The notes: generated by a model from the letters alone, not told the origin. Shown: positions 42,962-52,838, numbered from the stretch's first letter. The stretch: 64,000 nucleotides of DNA from Actinomycetota bacterium (GCA_041165585.1 JBEANF010000013.1:7692-71691); one strand, 5' to 3'. Made by a program: numbers and translations.

Positions 42962-44005
42962 CTAGATGGTCGATGCATCGATGACGAAGCGATATTTCAC
43001 ATCACTGGCAACGGTGCGGTCATAGGCGGTCTGCACGTAATCAACTGTGATTACCTCGATATCGCTGACAATTCCATGTTCGGCGCTGAAATTGATCATC
43101 TCTTGAGTCTGTGCAATGCCCCCGATCATGGATCCAGCCAGAGACTTGCGTCCATTGAGAAGTGAGCCGGCATGAACAGGATATGGCTCCCCTGGAAGAC
43201 CAATAACTACCAAAGTTCCATCTATTTTCAAGGTTGCGAGGTAATTATTAATATCGATTTGAGCACTGACAGTATTGAGGATCAGATCGAATTTCCGAGC
43301 ATAGGGCTTGAGATCTTTGGGATCACTAACATGGATAAATTCATCAGCACCCATAGCCAATGCATCATCTCTTTTGGCCCCCGAGTGTGAGATAACACTT
43401 ACATGAGCACCGAGGGCATGGGCAAATTTCACACCCATATGTCCTAATCCACCCAATCCCATTACTGCAACCTTTTTACCGGGAGCTGCGCCCCAGTGCT
43501 TAAGCGGTGAATACAGAGTAATTCCTGCACAGAGCAGTGGAGCAACACCATCAAGTGGCAAACTCTTAGGAATTTGAACTGCGTAGTTTTCGTTGACCAC
43601 AAAGATATTGCTATAACCACCCATTGCAACAGTCGTACCGTCTCGTTCGAGCGTGTTATAGGTACCAGTCATTCCTTCGTCGCAATATTGCTGAAGGCCA
43701 TCACGACACGGTTGACATTTGCGACATGAATCAATGAAGACTCCAACGCCGATGTGGTCGCCCACTGAGAATTTGGTGACAGCAGAGCCAACTTCGCGAA
43801 CTACCCCTGCAATCTCATGGCCAGGAATCATGGGGAAGAGGGCAGGACCCCATTCTTCGCGCACCTGATGAATATCTGAGTGGCATATACCTGCGTAAGA
43901 AATATCGAGTAGAACATCGTGCTCGCCTACAGCCCGGCGCTCAAAATCATGCGTGACGAAGGGTGCGCCTTTACTTAATGCTGCCAAACCGCGTGCTTTG
44001 ATCAT
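42962..44005 (-). CDS. NAD(P)-dependent zinc alcohol dehydrogenase (AdhC/YahK-like)
   Basis: GICHSD, PGHE, structural Zn site C..C..C......C, APLLCAG, GLGGLG and RFVID. Confidence 0.93.
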   Translation of the reverse strand: MIKARGLAALSKGAPFVTHDFERRAVGEHDVLLDISYAGICHSDIHQVREEWGPALFPMIPGHEIAGVVREVGSAVTKFSVGDHIGVGVFIDSCRKCQPCRDGLQQYCDEGMTGTYNTLERDGTTVAMGGYSNIFVVNENYAVQIPKSLPLDGVAPLLCAGITLYSPLKHWGAAPGKKVAVMGLGGLGHMGVKFAHALGAHVSVISHSGAKRDDALAMGADEFIHVSDPKDLKPYARKFDLILNTVSAQIDINNYLATLKIDGTLVVIGLPGEPYPVHAGSLLNGRKSLAGSMIGGIAQTQEMINFSAEHGIVSDIEVITVDYVQTAYDRTVASDVKYRFVIDASTI

Positions 44006-44034
44006 TTTTACTCCATTCGGTATTGAGAAATCAT

Positions 44035-44682
44035 TTAAAGTTCGTTAAAGGGAAGCGGATCACCTGAAATGTGGCCGGCCCGAGAATTTCGAGCAGTCAC
44101 ACCTCTCATGTGGTGGCGCCGACAGAGAACTTCATAAGCCACTTCATCACTAGCCCCAACATCTGCCACAACCACCTGTTCGCCTTCTGTAACCATCTTT
44201 CCGCCGACAGTTCGAGCGTTGTGGGTGGCACGTGATCCACACCAGCAAAGAGCTTCCACTTGAAGAGTATTTACACGGTCTGCCAGTTCTACCAAGCGGG
44301 CAGAACCGGGGAAGAGTTTGGTACGAAAATCAGCCAGGATGCCAAATGCGTAAACATCTATTCCAAGACCATCAACGATTCGCGCAAGCTGTTCAATCTG
44401 TTCAACTTGGTAAAACTGCGCTTCATCACAGATCACATAATCAATCCGCTCACCGATTGAGAGCTTATCTACTACAAATTTATGAATATCAAAGCCGGGC
44501 AATACTTCGATAGCGACACTTGTTAATCCAAGGCGGGATGAGATTCTGCCCGCTCCGGCACGATCCTGAGATGTAAAGATCAACCCACCACGACCTCGTT
44601 GCTGGTGGTTATGCGCAGTCTGAAGAGCGAGCGTGGATTTACCGCTATCCATTGTTCCGCAGTAGTAGATCAACTCAGCCAT
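44035..44682 (-). CDS. tdk: Thymidine kinase
   Basis: GTMDSGKST, SSRLG, DEAQF, DFR..LF.GS and Zn-lasso CWC...CRRH. ATG 44682. Confidence 0.94.
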   Translation of the reverse strand: MAELIYYCGTMDSGKSTLALQTAHNHQQRGRGGLIFTSQDRAGAGRISSRLGLTSVAIEVLPGFDIHKFVVDKLSIGERIDYVICDEAQFYQVEQIEQLARIVDGLGIDVYAFGILADFRTKLFPGSARLVELADRVNTLQVEALCWCGSRATHNARTVGGKMVTEGEQVVVADVGASDEVAYEVLCRRHHMRGVTARNSRAGHISGDPLPFNEL

Positions 44683-44707
44683 GGCCAGATCTTGCCATAT
44701 GGAGGCG

Positions 44708-46564
44708 CTAGAAGAGACCCACACTCCTGAGTGCTGATTCCAGCTTGGAGGATAGGTGTTCACTCATGGCGACCGTGAGATGAGATTTATCGCGATAAGC
44801 AATTATCCCGTCAACTACTGCCGGACATCTATCCGAACAGAGCCAGGGGGTTGGATTGATAGCGATCAAACCAGCGGCAACTTCTGGATCAACCGGTCGA
44901 GATGTATCGCATCGACTTCCTCGACCAGCGGCTAAACAATCCGGAATATCAACTCGCGGCAGTGGAGTATCAGTGAGATAGATCGGATACTGGGTGTGAG
45001 CGCTGATTCGAAGGTAGGCCTTCTTCTCTCCTGTCAGCCACCAATCCCGGGCGCTCTCTGTTGAATACGGAGCAGTAAATGGCTGCATTCCCGTCATGAT
45101 GACTGCCAATGGTTTGATCTTTGCAATGCGTTTGACTGATGAATCTCTAAATGCCTGACAATCTGCAATGTCGTATTGCGAAGAAAGTTCCTTAATCACT
45201 TCAGCTGATGGGCATGCAGATTTAGTTAAGGAGACTATCTTTATTCCGTGACGTTTTCCTATGATGTCCAATGCGGGCAGCCACTGTGCAGCATGTGAAT
45301 CACCATAGAGAACAATTGTTTGTTCAGACGAGATATCTCCATACTCACACCTTGGTGAAACCGTTTGGCGAATATGGATGTGGCACCCATCTTCATTATT
45401 TATTGGTTTGGATCTGACCTCCTCTAGTGAGTAACGGGATCCATCTGCAAAAGAAATCGTATTTGAGTATGTGGTGTAGATGGAGATACCTACTATGATC
45501 GAGAAGGCAGTGGCGACTGAGGCCATTTTTAGTGTTCTGATTGCGCTCCAATCCCGCACTCGCATCGGAGCCTCGACATAACGATGAGTAATTCCTGCCA
45601 GCCCAACGGTAAGCATGAGAGCAAGTATTTTTTCGAACGTTGAAAGTTCTCTGCCAAGATAGATCACTGGAATAACCAAGACTGGCCAATGCCAGAGATA
45701 AAGAGGATAGGAAATCTCTCCGATCCATTGCGTACTCTTTCTTTGAACAATGGCATGAAGAAGTCTCGGCCATTTATCTCTTGTAGCTATGAGGGCAAAG
45801 GTTGCAGCCACCGGTAGAAGAGCAGCCATCCCGGGAAATGGGGTGTTTTCATTGAAGAGAAATATCGCCGGTAGTATGCAAAGTAAGGCGATAAGAGCCA
45901 GGATAGATCGAAACTTTTTAACTTCTGGAAGAAAGCAGAGCAAGGCTCCAGCAGATAACTCCCAAGCTCGTGTCGGCAAAATATAGAAAGACCAAATTGG
46001 TGCTCTTTCGGTTAGGTAGAGCGAGAAAATAAATGATCCAAAGAGTACCGATAGCACTCCGAATAAAACGGCTCTACGTTTGCCAAACCGATATAGCGCT
46101 AATATCAAAAATGGCCAAAATAGATAGAACTGTTCTTCGACTGCTAAAGACCAAAAGTGGATAAACGGTGATGGTGTTGAATTGAGATTTTGATAGTCGT
46201 TTTGCCAATATGCAAAGAGAAAATTGGATATATAAGTAGCAGCTGCGATTAGGTCCCTTCCAAACGACTGCCGCATAGATGCTGGGAGTAGGAGGAAGCC
46301 GATCAACCCGGTCACGAAAATTACTAAAAATGATGATGGAAGTAGTCTCTTTGAGCGGCGTGCATAAAAACGTAGTAGATCGAGAGTATTTGAGCTATCC
46401 AACTCCCTCAGCAAGAGTCCGGTAATGAGGAATCCTGAAATGACATAGAAGATATCGACTCCGACGTAGCCGCCTTCAATCCAATGCGCGTGATAGATAA
46501 GAACAAGCCCTGCCGCTAGTGCGCGAAGGGCTTGAATCTGCTTACTCTTGTGCTTTGAACTCAT
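44708..46564 (-). CDS. Acyltransferase-3 / SGNH fusion (OatA/OafA-like O-acetyltransferase)
   Basis: LRA.A...V..YH, GVDIF.VISGFLI, RR.KRL.P, HFWSLAVEEQFY and SYPLYLWHWP. C-terminal SGNH domain (GDSHA; D.SH). Confidence 0.92.
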   Translation of the reverse strand: MSSKHKSKQIQALRALAAGLVLIYHAHWIEGGYVGVDIFYVISGFLITGLLLRELDSSNTLDLLRFYARRSKRLLPSSFLVIFVTGLIGFLLLPASMRQSFGRDLIAAATYISNFLFAYWQNDYQNLNSTPSPFIHFWSLAVEEQFYLFWPFLILALYRFGKRRAVLFGVLSVLFGSFIFSLYLTERAPIWSFYILPTRAWELSAGALLCFLPEVKKFRSILALIALLCILPAIFLFNENTPFPGMAALLPVAATFALIATRDKWPRLLHAIVQRKSTQWIGEISYPLYLWHWPVLVIPVIYLGRELSTFEKILALMLTVGLAGITHRYVEAPMRVRDWSAIRTLKMASVATAFSIIVGISIYTTYSNTISFADGSRYSLEEVRSKPINNEDGCHIHIRQTVSPRCEYGDISSEQTIVLYGDSHAAQWLPALDIIGKRHGIKIVSLTKSACPSAEVIKELSSQYDIADCQAFRDSSVKRIAKIKPLAVIMTGMQPFTAPYSTESARDWWLTGEKKAYLRISAHTQYPIYLTDTPLPRVDIPDCLAAGRGSRCDTSRPVDPEVAAGLIAINPTPWLCSDRCPAVVDGIIAYRDKSHLTVAMSEHLSSKLESALRSVGLF

Positions 46565-47088
46565 CCACTCACCAGCGCATGCACCCTGATTTCTGGGGAG
46601 TGTGCGGCGATTCTTGCTCTTCCTCCAAGGAAGGTAATTTCGCTAAGTACTGCGATGTCAGTGACTAATCCACCTGCTTCCTTTACTAATTCGATGGCAG
46701 CCACGAGTGTTCCGCCCGTTGCTAAGACATCATCAACTAGGAGTACTTTTGCCCCCGAAGCAAAGGCATCGACGTGTATTTCGATTTCGTCAACGCCATA
46801 CTCCAATCCATACTGCTTGCCGTAGGTTTGATAGGGGAGTTTTCCTTTTTTGCGAATGGGAACAAAACCGCTCTCTTTTGCAACTGCTATTGCGCTAGCG
46901 AAGATAAATCCTCGGGCCTCAATACCTGCAATAACTGTGCTCTCAGGGTCGAACTTTGCAAGTTCGCGCACTACGGTATTGAAAGCAGATGGATCTCTAA
47001 GTACTGGCGTGATATCCTGAAAAAGCACGCCAGGTTTTGGATAGTCTGGAATGATCCGAATCAGCGACAGAGCATCAGAGAGTTTCAT
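46561..47088 (-). CDS. apt: Adenine phosphoribosyltransferase
   Basis: PDYPKPG..FQDITP, EARGF, RKKGKLP, LEYG and VDDVLATGGT. Start is 47088 or 47118. Confidence 0.96.
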   Translation of the reverse strand: MKLSDALSLIRIIPDYPKPGVLFQDITPVLRDPSAFNTVVRELAKFDPESTVIAGIEARGFIFASAIAVAKESGFVPIRKKGKLPYQTYGKQYGLEYGVDEIEIHVDAFASGAKVLLVDDVLATGGTLVAAIELVKEAGGLVTDIAVLSEITFLGGRARIAAHSPEIRVHALVSG

Positions 47089-47147
47089 TTCTATCCGATC
47101 TGCTATCTCAACAACCATGCAACCATAAAACCAATGACTTTCTAACG

Positions 47148-47231
47148 TGTCCGAACGGGGACTTGAACCCCGAAGCCCTTGCGGGCACTAGCACCTCAAG
47201 CTAGCGCGTCTGCCAATTCCGCCACCCGGAC
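47148..47231 (-). tRNA. tRNA-Leu(GAG)
   Basis: Minus strand GTCCGGGTGGCGGAATTGGCAGACGCGCTAGCTT-GAG-GTGCTAGTGCCCGCAAGGGCTTCGGGGTTCAAGTCCCCGTTCGGACA: cloverleaf with a long variable arm; CCA not encoded. Confidence 0.96.
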
Positions 47232-47372
47232 GAGTATAGATTCTTGAGTTGCCGGACTGCCTTAGACCGATCCGACACATCAAGAGGGTGAACGATATCA
47301 ACCTCGGATGTCATAGGCAAAGTGAGGCGATTTTGCTGGCAGTTATGCGCTTTCGGGGTAGATACTTTACCC

Positions 47373-48695
47373 ATGACAACTGATCTCAGCGCCCTTCGTG
47401 AAGAACTTGAATCAGAAACGATTCGAATTTGCCAAGAATTGATTCGAATCCCAAGCGTCAATTATGGAGAAGCTAAAGGTGATGAAAAGGCAGTTGCAGA
47501 GTATGTCGTTAATTTGCTCGCCGAAGTTGGGATTGCTTCTAGAGTTTACGAATCTGCACCAAATCGTTGCAATGTGATCGCTCATCTTGAGAGCACACAT
47601 CCTGATAGACCTGGATTAGTTGTTCATGGCCATCTCGATGTTGTTCCAGCCATGGCCGAAGATTGGAGCGTCGATCCTTTCGGTGGAATCCTCAAAGATG
47701 GTTTCATCTGGGGTCGAGGCGCAGTCGATATGAAGAATATGGATGCGATGATCTTGGCCGTTGTTCGCCAGTGGGCCAAGGTTGGCTATAAGCCACCTCG
47801 TCCAATTACCTTGGCATTCTTTGCAGATGAAGAGGCCGGCAGTAGTTATGGATCTCGATGGATGGTTGCCGAACATCCTGAAGTATTTGCCGGGTGTACA
47901 GAAGCTATCTCAGAGGTAGGTGGTTTCTCTATTACATTACCCAACGCAAAACGGTTCTACTTTGTTGAGACTGCGGAAAAGGGAATCCATTGGATGCGAC
48001 TGGTGGCACAGGGTCGTGCCGGCCATGGTTCGGTAATTAACGAAGAGAATGCAATTACCGCACTCACCGAAGCGGTTGCAAAGATTGGTCGCTACCAGTG
48101 GCCGCAACGTTATACAGCTACCGTAAAACGACTCTTTGAAACTGTGGCAAAAGCTTCAGGTAAACCATTTGACCTCAAGGACTTGCGCCCATTGTTAATC
48201 GAGTTCGGAAGTGCATCGCGCATGATTGGTGCAACGTTGCAGAACACCGCTAATCCCTCAATGCTTTCAGCAGGATATAAGGAGAATGTAATTCCTGGTG
48301 AGGCCAGTGCTGTCGTGGATGGGCGCTTCTTGCCCGGCTATGAGGACGAAATGAATGCAACTATTCGCGAAATAGTCGGTCCTGACATCAAAGTCGAGAC
48401 GATAGTTACTGATATTGCGCTAGAGGTTCCATTCGAAGGGGACCTTGTTAACGCTATGTGCGCCGCACTTATCAAGCATGATGGAGATGGAATTCCTGTT
48501 CCATTTACAATGAGTGGGGGAACTGACAATAAGGCCTTATCAAAGATAGGAATTATTGGTTACGGATTTTCTCCACTTAAGTTAGATCCAGAATTGGATT
48601 TCATGGCGCTCTTCCACGGGGTCGATGAGAGAGTACCGATTGATGGGCTGCGATTTGGAGTTAACGTTCTTAAGGATTTCCTAGAAAATGCTTGA
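47373..48695 (+). CDS. M20/M25/M40 family metallo-hydrolase
   Basis: HGHLDVVPA, WGRGAVDMK, ADEEAG, GRAGHGS, GGTD and HG.DER. ATG 47373 is the probable start. Confidence 0.9.
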   Translation: MTTDLSALREELESETIRICQELIRIPSVNYGEAKGDEKAVAEYVVNLLAEVGIASRVYESAPNRCNVIAHLESTHPDRPGLVVHGHLDVVPAMAEDWSVDPFGGILKDGFIWGRGAVDMKNMDAMILAVVRQWAKVGYKPPRPITLAFFADEEAGSSYGSRWMVAEHPEVFAGCTEAISEVGGFSITLPNAKRFYFVETAEKGIHWMRLVAQGRAGHGSVINEENAITALTEAVAKIGRYQWPQRYTATVKRLFETVAKASGKPFDLKDLRPLLIEFGSASRMIGATLQNTANPSMLSAGYKENVIPGEASAVVDGRFLPGYEDEMNATIREIVGPDIKVETIVTDIALEVPFEGDLVNAMCAALIKHDGDGIPVPFTMSGGTDNKALSKIGIIGYGFSPLKLDPELDFMALFHGVDERVPIDGLRFGVNVLKDFLENA

Positions 48696-49631
48696 GACCT
48701 CATTAAGTGCGTTACGTACAACTTCAGGCAAAACGATTTCTTCAACCGTCATAATTCCTCGTAGTTGAGCACCAGTTCGCGCTCCAACAATTGCACTGGT
48801 TACACCTGGCGCATCCCGTACCCAGGCTAGTGCTACTTCTAGAGGCGAATATCCCAGGCCACCAGCGGCTGCCACTACCGCTTCAACAATACGAGCGCTT
48901 TGGTTATTCAAATACGGGGCAATAAAGTTTGCGAAGTGCGGAGTTGCACCGCGTGAGTCCGCAGGAATTGATGAACGGTACTTACCAGTAAGAACTCCAC
49001 GGCCCAGTGGTGACCAAGCGAGAAGGCCTACGTCGAGAGAGTGAGCGCAATCGATGATCTCATTTTCGGTACTTCGATTGAGAAGCGAATACTCATTCTG
49101 CAGAGTTGTGATCGGTGCTTTTGCAGAATTTGACTCTTGTACAGTGATTGCGCGAGCTGACTGCCAGCCATTGAAGTTGGATACTCCGACATAGCGCGCT
49201 TTTCCAGATGAGTATGCATAGTCAAGTGCTGACAACGTATCTTCCAACGGGACATTCTCATCCCAGGTGTGAACTTGCCACAGATCGACATATTCAGTTC
49301 CTAGCCTGGTAAGTGATCTATCAAGCTCTGCGATCAAGTGGTGTCGCGAATTATCTACTGTTCGCATCCCATCTGGGAATGAGATTCCGGCCTTTGTCGC
49401 GATTACAACTTCTTCTCGCTCGAAGAATGTACCGATTAAGCCGCCAATTACACGCTCGGCATCTCCATCAGCATAGGTAGCTGCGGTATCGATAAAGTTT
49501 CCACCAGCTTCAATGTAGCAACGCATCTGCTCGGCAGCCTCATGGGTATCCGTATCCCGACCCCAGGTCATCGTGCCTAGGCCAAGACGTGAGATCTGCA
49601 AACCTGTTTTTCCCGCTCTGCGCATCTGCAT
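48681..49631 (-). CDS. Aldo/keto reductase
   Basis: LGLGTM, DTA..Y, ATK, SL.RLG..YVDL.QVH, GVSN, QNEYSLL and WSPL.G.LTGKY. Confidence 0.92.
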   Translation of the reverse strand: MQMRRAGKTGLQISRLGLGTMTWGRDTDTHEAAEQMRCYIEAGGNFIDTAATYADGDAERVIGGLIGTFFEREEVVIATKAGISFPDGMRTVDNSRHHLIAELDRSLTRLGTEYVDLWQVHTWDENVPLEDTLSALDYAYSSGKARYVGVSNFNGWQSARAITVQESNSAKAPITTLQNEYSLLNRSTENEIIDCAHSLDVGLLAWSPLGRGVLTGKYRSSIPADSRGATPHFANFIAPYLNNQSARIVEAVVAAAGGLGYSPLEVALAWVRDAPGVTSAIVGARTGAQLRGIMTVEEIVLPEVVRNALNEVSSIF

Positions 49632-49681
49632 ACGCCACACCTTAGCAAGCCAACATTCACAAAGGGGGTTAATCTTGCGTC

Positions 49682-50350
49682 ATGGCTAGAATCGTTTTAT
49701 TGCGACATGCACACTCTGTTGCTAATGAAAAGAATATTCTCGCCGGTCGTACTCCTGGAATAGATCTCAGCGACAAGGGATCTGTGCAGGCTCAAAACTT
49801 AATCAGAAGGCTTGGATCTATCGACTTTGAGCAAATCTCAATTAGTCCGATTGAACGTTGTCATCAAACAATCGCACCATGGCTGAAATCATGTGCGAAA
49901 GCCCAAAAAATTGTCACTGATGAAGACCTTTCCGAAGTTGATTATGGAACCTGGTCTGGTAAGTCGCTGGCCTCTCTGCGACGTAAAAGTTTATGGAAAA
50001 TCGTGACCCATCATCCCAGTCAAATGGTCTTTCCTGGCGGTGAAAGCTTATTGGCTATGCAGGAGCGCGCCTTGCGCAGTTTTTATCGCCTCAACGAAGT
50101 GAAAGGAAAAAAGCCGCGTCTTCTTGTGAGCCATGGAGATGTCATTAAATCGTTGGTTGCACATTGCCTTGGAATGCACCTGGATCAGTTTCAGAAACTA
50201 ATCATTGAACCAGCCTCTCTGACAATAATTGATACCCACGACGGTGTGAGTCGACTGGTGAAGTTAAATGACGTGGAAGGCTCGTTGCACAAGGATTCAT
50301 CAGCTGCTGATGCAGCAGTGGGCGGATCGACTGGAAATCAAAGGTTATGA
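49682..50350 (+). CDS. Histidine phosphatase, MSMEG_4193 family putative phosphomutase
   Basis: LLRHA..S.AN...LAGR, EVDYG.W.G, FPGGES, SHGDVIK and HLD.FQ. Confidence 0.88.
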   Translation: MARIVLLRHAHSVANEKNILAGRTPGIDLSDKGSVQAQNLIRRLGSIDFEQISISPIERCHQTIAPWLKSCAKAQKIVTDEDLSEVDYGTWSGKSLASLRRKSLWKIVTHHPSQMVFPGGESLLAMQERALRSFYRLNEVKGKKPRLLVSHGDVIKSLVAHCLGMHLDQFQKLIIEPASLTIIDTHDGVSRLVKLNDVEGSLHKDSSAADAAVGGSTGNQRL

Positions 50351-50874
50351 CGCCTCGCACTTGGAAATTTGATCGCCCTGATAGGTTTATCGTTGGAACA
50401 ATCGGAGCCCCTGGAGAGCGTGAATTCTTTTTTCAGATTCGCCAGGAGAACCTTTTGGTGAGTGTCGCAACTGAAAAATCACAAGCTTCAGCATTAGCTG
50501 ATCGAATCTCAACCATAGTTCGAGAAATCAAAAAGAACGCTCCTTTGAGTGCAATAAGCCCGACACCAGTAGATAACGCACCACTTGAATTGCCCCTCGA
50601 GAGTGAGTTCGTTGTCGGTGCCATCGGCATTGCCTTCGATCCAGCGACCCTTGAAATTGAGATCTCTCTTCGTTCAGATTCTGGGGAGTCTGATGAGGAC
50701 GAAGCTGATGATCTCTCTGTTGTCGATATCCACTTGGATCTCTCTATGGCGCTAACGTTTGTCGCCCGCACTCAATCATTAGTTGCCGCTGGAAGGCCTC
50801 TCTGCCCATTCTGCACTGCTCCGATAGATCCTCGCGGTCACTTGTGTCCACGCGCAAATGGATATCGGCGATGA
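50347..50874 (+). CDS. DUF3090 family protein
   Basis: PDRF.VGT.G.PG.R.FF.Q, EK.Q and C-terminal AGRP.CPFC..P.DP.GH.CPR.NG. Confidence 0.88.
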   Translation: MTPRTWKFDRPDRFIVGTIGAPGEREFFFQIRQENLLVSVATEKSQASALADRISTIVREIKKNAPLSAISPTPVDNAPLELPLESEFVVGAIGIAFDPATLEIEISLRSDSGESDEDEADDLSVVDIHLDLSMALTFVARTQSLVAAGRPLCPFCTAPIDPRGHLCPRANGYRR

Positions 50875-51584
50875 CAAAATCTTTCACCGATGTTATCGAA
50901 CATTTGCACCGCGGGGAGTTGGGGATAACTGGACGATTAGTTGATGCATCAAATGCAACTCTCTTCGGAACTATTACATACGAAGATTTATCGATGGAGG
51001 TCATTTACAAACCTGTCGCCGGTGAGCGCCCCTTATGGGATTTTCCAGATGGGACTTTGGCAGATCGAGAGTATGCAGCATTTCTTCTGAGCGATTTGGC
51101 CGGGTTTGATGTGGTGCCACCAACCATTTTGCGAGAAGGACCTGCTGGATACGGCATGGTGCAGAAGTGGATCGAGGTAGATGGCGCGATCAACCTCGCT
51201 CAGTTCTTTGGTGAAGATAATCCGGATCTTCGTCAGCTTGCCATCTTTGATGCATGTATCAATAACACAGATCGGAAGATTGGTCATTTACTCCCCGATA
51301 CAGAAGGCCATCTCTACGCGTGTGATCACGGAGTAACTTTTCACGTCGAAGACAAACTCCGAACGGTTCTTTGGCAGTGGGCCGGCGATAAGTTAACTGA
51401 TGATGAGCTTCTTCAACTGAGTCATGTGCTCAAAACTCTGAATGAAAAGCGAGAAGTTTTCGCCCCCCATCTCACTGGGGAAGAGATTAATCAAACGCTC
51501 CTGCGCGTTCAACGGTTGATTGATAGTGGAACGATGCCTCTTCCGAGTGAAGATTGGCCGGCTATTCCATGGCCTGCATATTAG
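50871..51584 (+). CDS. SCO1664 family protein (PI3/PI4-kinase-like fold)
   Basis: ASNAT, YKP..GERPLWDFPDG.LA.RE, NN.DRK.GH, DHG and WP.IPWP. ATG 50871. Confidence 0.88.
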   Translation: MTKSFTDVIEHLHRGELGITGRLVDASNATLFGTITYEDLSMEVIYKPVAGERPLWDFPDGTLADREYAAFLLSDLAGFDVVPPTILREGPAGYGMVQKWIEVDGAINLAQFFGEDNPDLRQLAIFDACINNTDRKIGHLLPDTEGHLYACDHGVTFHVEDKLRTVLWQWAGDKLTDDELLQLSHVLKTLNEKREVFAPHLTGEEINQTLLRVQRLIDSGTMPLPSEDWPAIPWPAY

Positions 51585-51593
51585 GATTCAATT

Positions 51594-52838
51594 ATGAAGT
51601 CATGGGCGCAGCTGTCATCATCGCACACGTCTAGATTCGCAGGAGCTACTCCTACCCTCTCACTCTTTAACACCTCCACGCAGGCCGTTCAATCCTTGCC
51701 AAAGAAGGATAAGTACCGTCTCTATGTCTGTGGCATTACTCCTTATGACGCAACGCATTTGGGCCATGCCGCGACTTATCTCACCTTTGACTTGATCAAT
51801 CGCTACTTAAGATTTTCGGGAGCTGAAGTAGTTTTTGTTGAGAACATTACAGATATCGATGATCCGCTTTTAGAGCGAGCAGACCGAGACGGAATCGATT
51901 GGCAGGATCTGGCCCACTCTCAGATTGAACTCTTTAGGGGGGATATGGTTGCACTTCATATCATTCCTCCCGATGCATATATCGGCGTTATTGAAGCGAT
52001 GGAAATAATCATTCAATCGATTCAACGCTTGAAGGATAAGGGTGCTCTCTACGACGTGGATGGCGATCTTTATTTTGAAGTCAGGAGAGATCCAGAATTT
52101 CTACATCGCTCTCATCTTTCATTGGAAACAGCCATGCAATACTTTTCTGAGCGCGGCGGTGACCCTAATCGTGAAGGCAAGAGAGATCCTCTCGATGCAT
52201 TGGTGTGGAAGTCTCAACGACCAGGTGAACCAGGGTGGCCTAGTCCATTTGGCATTGGTCGGCCTGGATGGCACATTGAATGTTCGGCAATCGCCCTTCA
52301 TTTTCTGCAACCGGAAGAGACCGATGACTTTGCAATAGATATCCAAGGAGGCGGAAGTGATTTGATCTTCCCGCATCACGATATGTCTGCTGCCCAGGGT
52401 CTGATCGCTAAAGATCAGAAGTTTGCACAATTTTATGTCCACACGGGAATGATTGGTTTAGACGGAACCAAGATGAGTAAGTCTCTTGGAAATCTTGTCT
52501 TTGTTTCAAAACTCATCACTTCGGGTATCGATCCGATGGCCATCAGAATTGCACTTATGGGCCACCACTATCGGCAAGACCATATGTGGAAGCCAGAAGA
52601 GATTGATACTGCATCCACTTTTCTCGATCGCCTGAGATTAAATTTGGCGAAAGTCGATGTGGCACCGACTGACCCAGTGGTTTTACGAATCCTGGAGCAT
52701 CTATCCAATGATCTGAATACCACGGGTGTACTTGAAGCTTTACGAACATGGTGTGATGGAACTGAATCTGGAGAATCTGGTGGAAGTGCGGGGGAGTTAT
52801 CTCGAATTCTTGATGATTTATTGGGCCTGGCCTTCTAA
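51594..52838 (+). CDS. mshC: L-cysteine:1D-myo-inositol 2-amino-2-deoxy-alpha-D-glucopyranoside ligase (mycothiol biosynthesis)
   Basis: CGITPYDATHLGHAATY, DDPLLERA.RDG, ERGGDP, GRPGWHIEC and KMSKS.GN; lacks a CysRS anticodon domain. Confidence 0.95.
   Translation: MKSWAQLSSSHTSRFAGATPTLSLFNTSTQAVQSLPKKDKYRLYVCGITPYDATHLGHAATYLTFDLINRYLRFSGAEVVFVENITDIDDPLLERADRDGIDWQDLAHSQIELFRGDMVALHIIPPDAYIGVIEAMEIIIQSIQRLKDKGALYDVDGDLYFEVRRDPEFLHRSHLSLETAMQYFSERGGDPNREGKRDPLDALVWKSQRPGEPGWPSPFGIGRPGWHIECSAIALHFLQPEETDDFAIDIQGGGSDLIFPHHDMSAAQGLIAKDQKFAQFYVHTGMIGLDGTKMSKSLGNLVFVSKLITSGIDPMAIRIALMGHHYRQDHMWKPEEIDTASTFLDRLRLNLAKVDVAPTDPVVLRILEHLSNDLNTTGVLEALRTWCDGTESGESGGSAGELSRILDDLLGLAF

Noticed and set aside
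47148-47231. tRNA-Leu as the attachment site of an integrated element
   Set aside because: No integrase and no duplicated tRNA 3' end were found; the flanking genes are housekeeping.
47255-47277. TGTCGG on the minus strand upstream of the tRNA as a PafBC promoter motif
   Set aside because: It is not followed by TANNNT at the required 10-nt spacing.
51594-52838. Possible cysteinyl-tRNA synthetase
   Set aside because: DATHLGH, ERGGDP and the missing anticodon-binding domain identify it as MshC.
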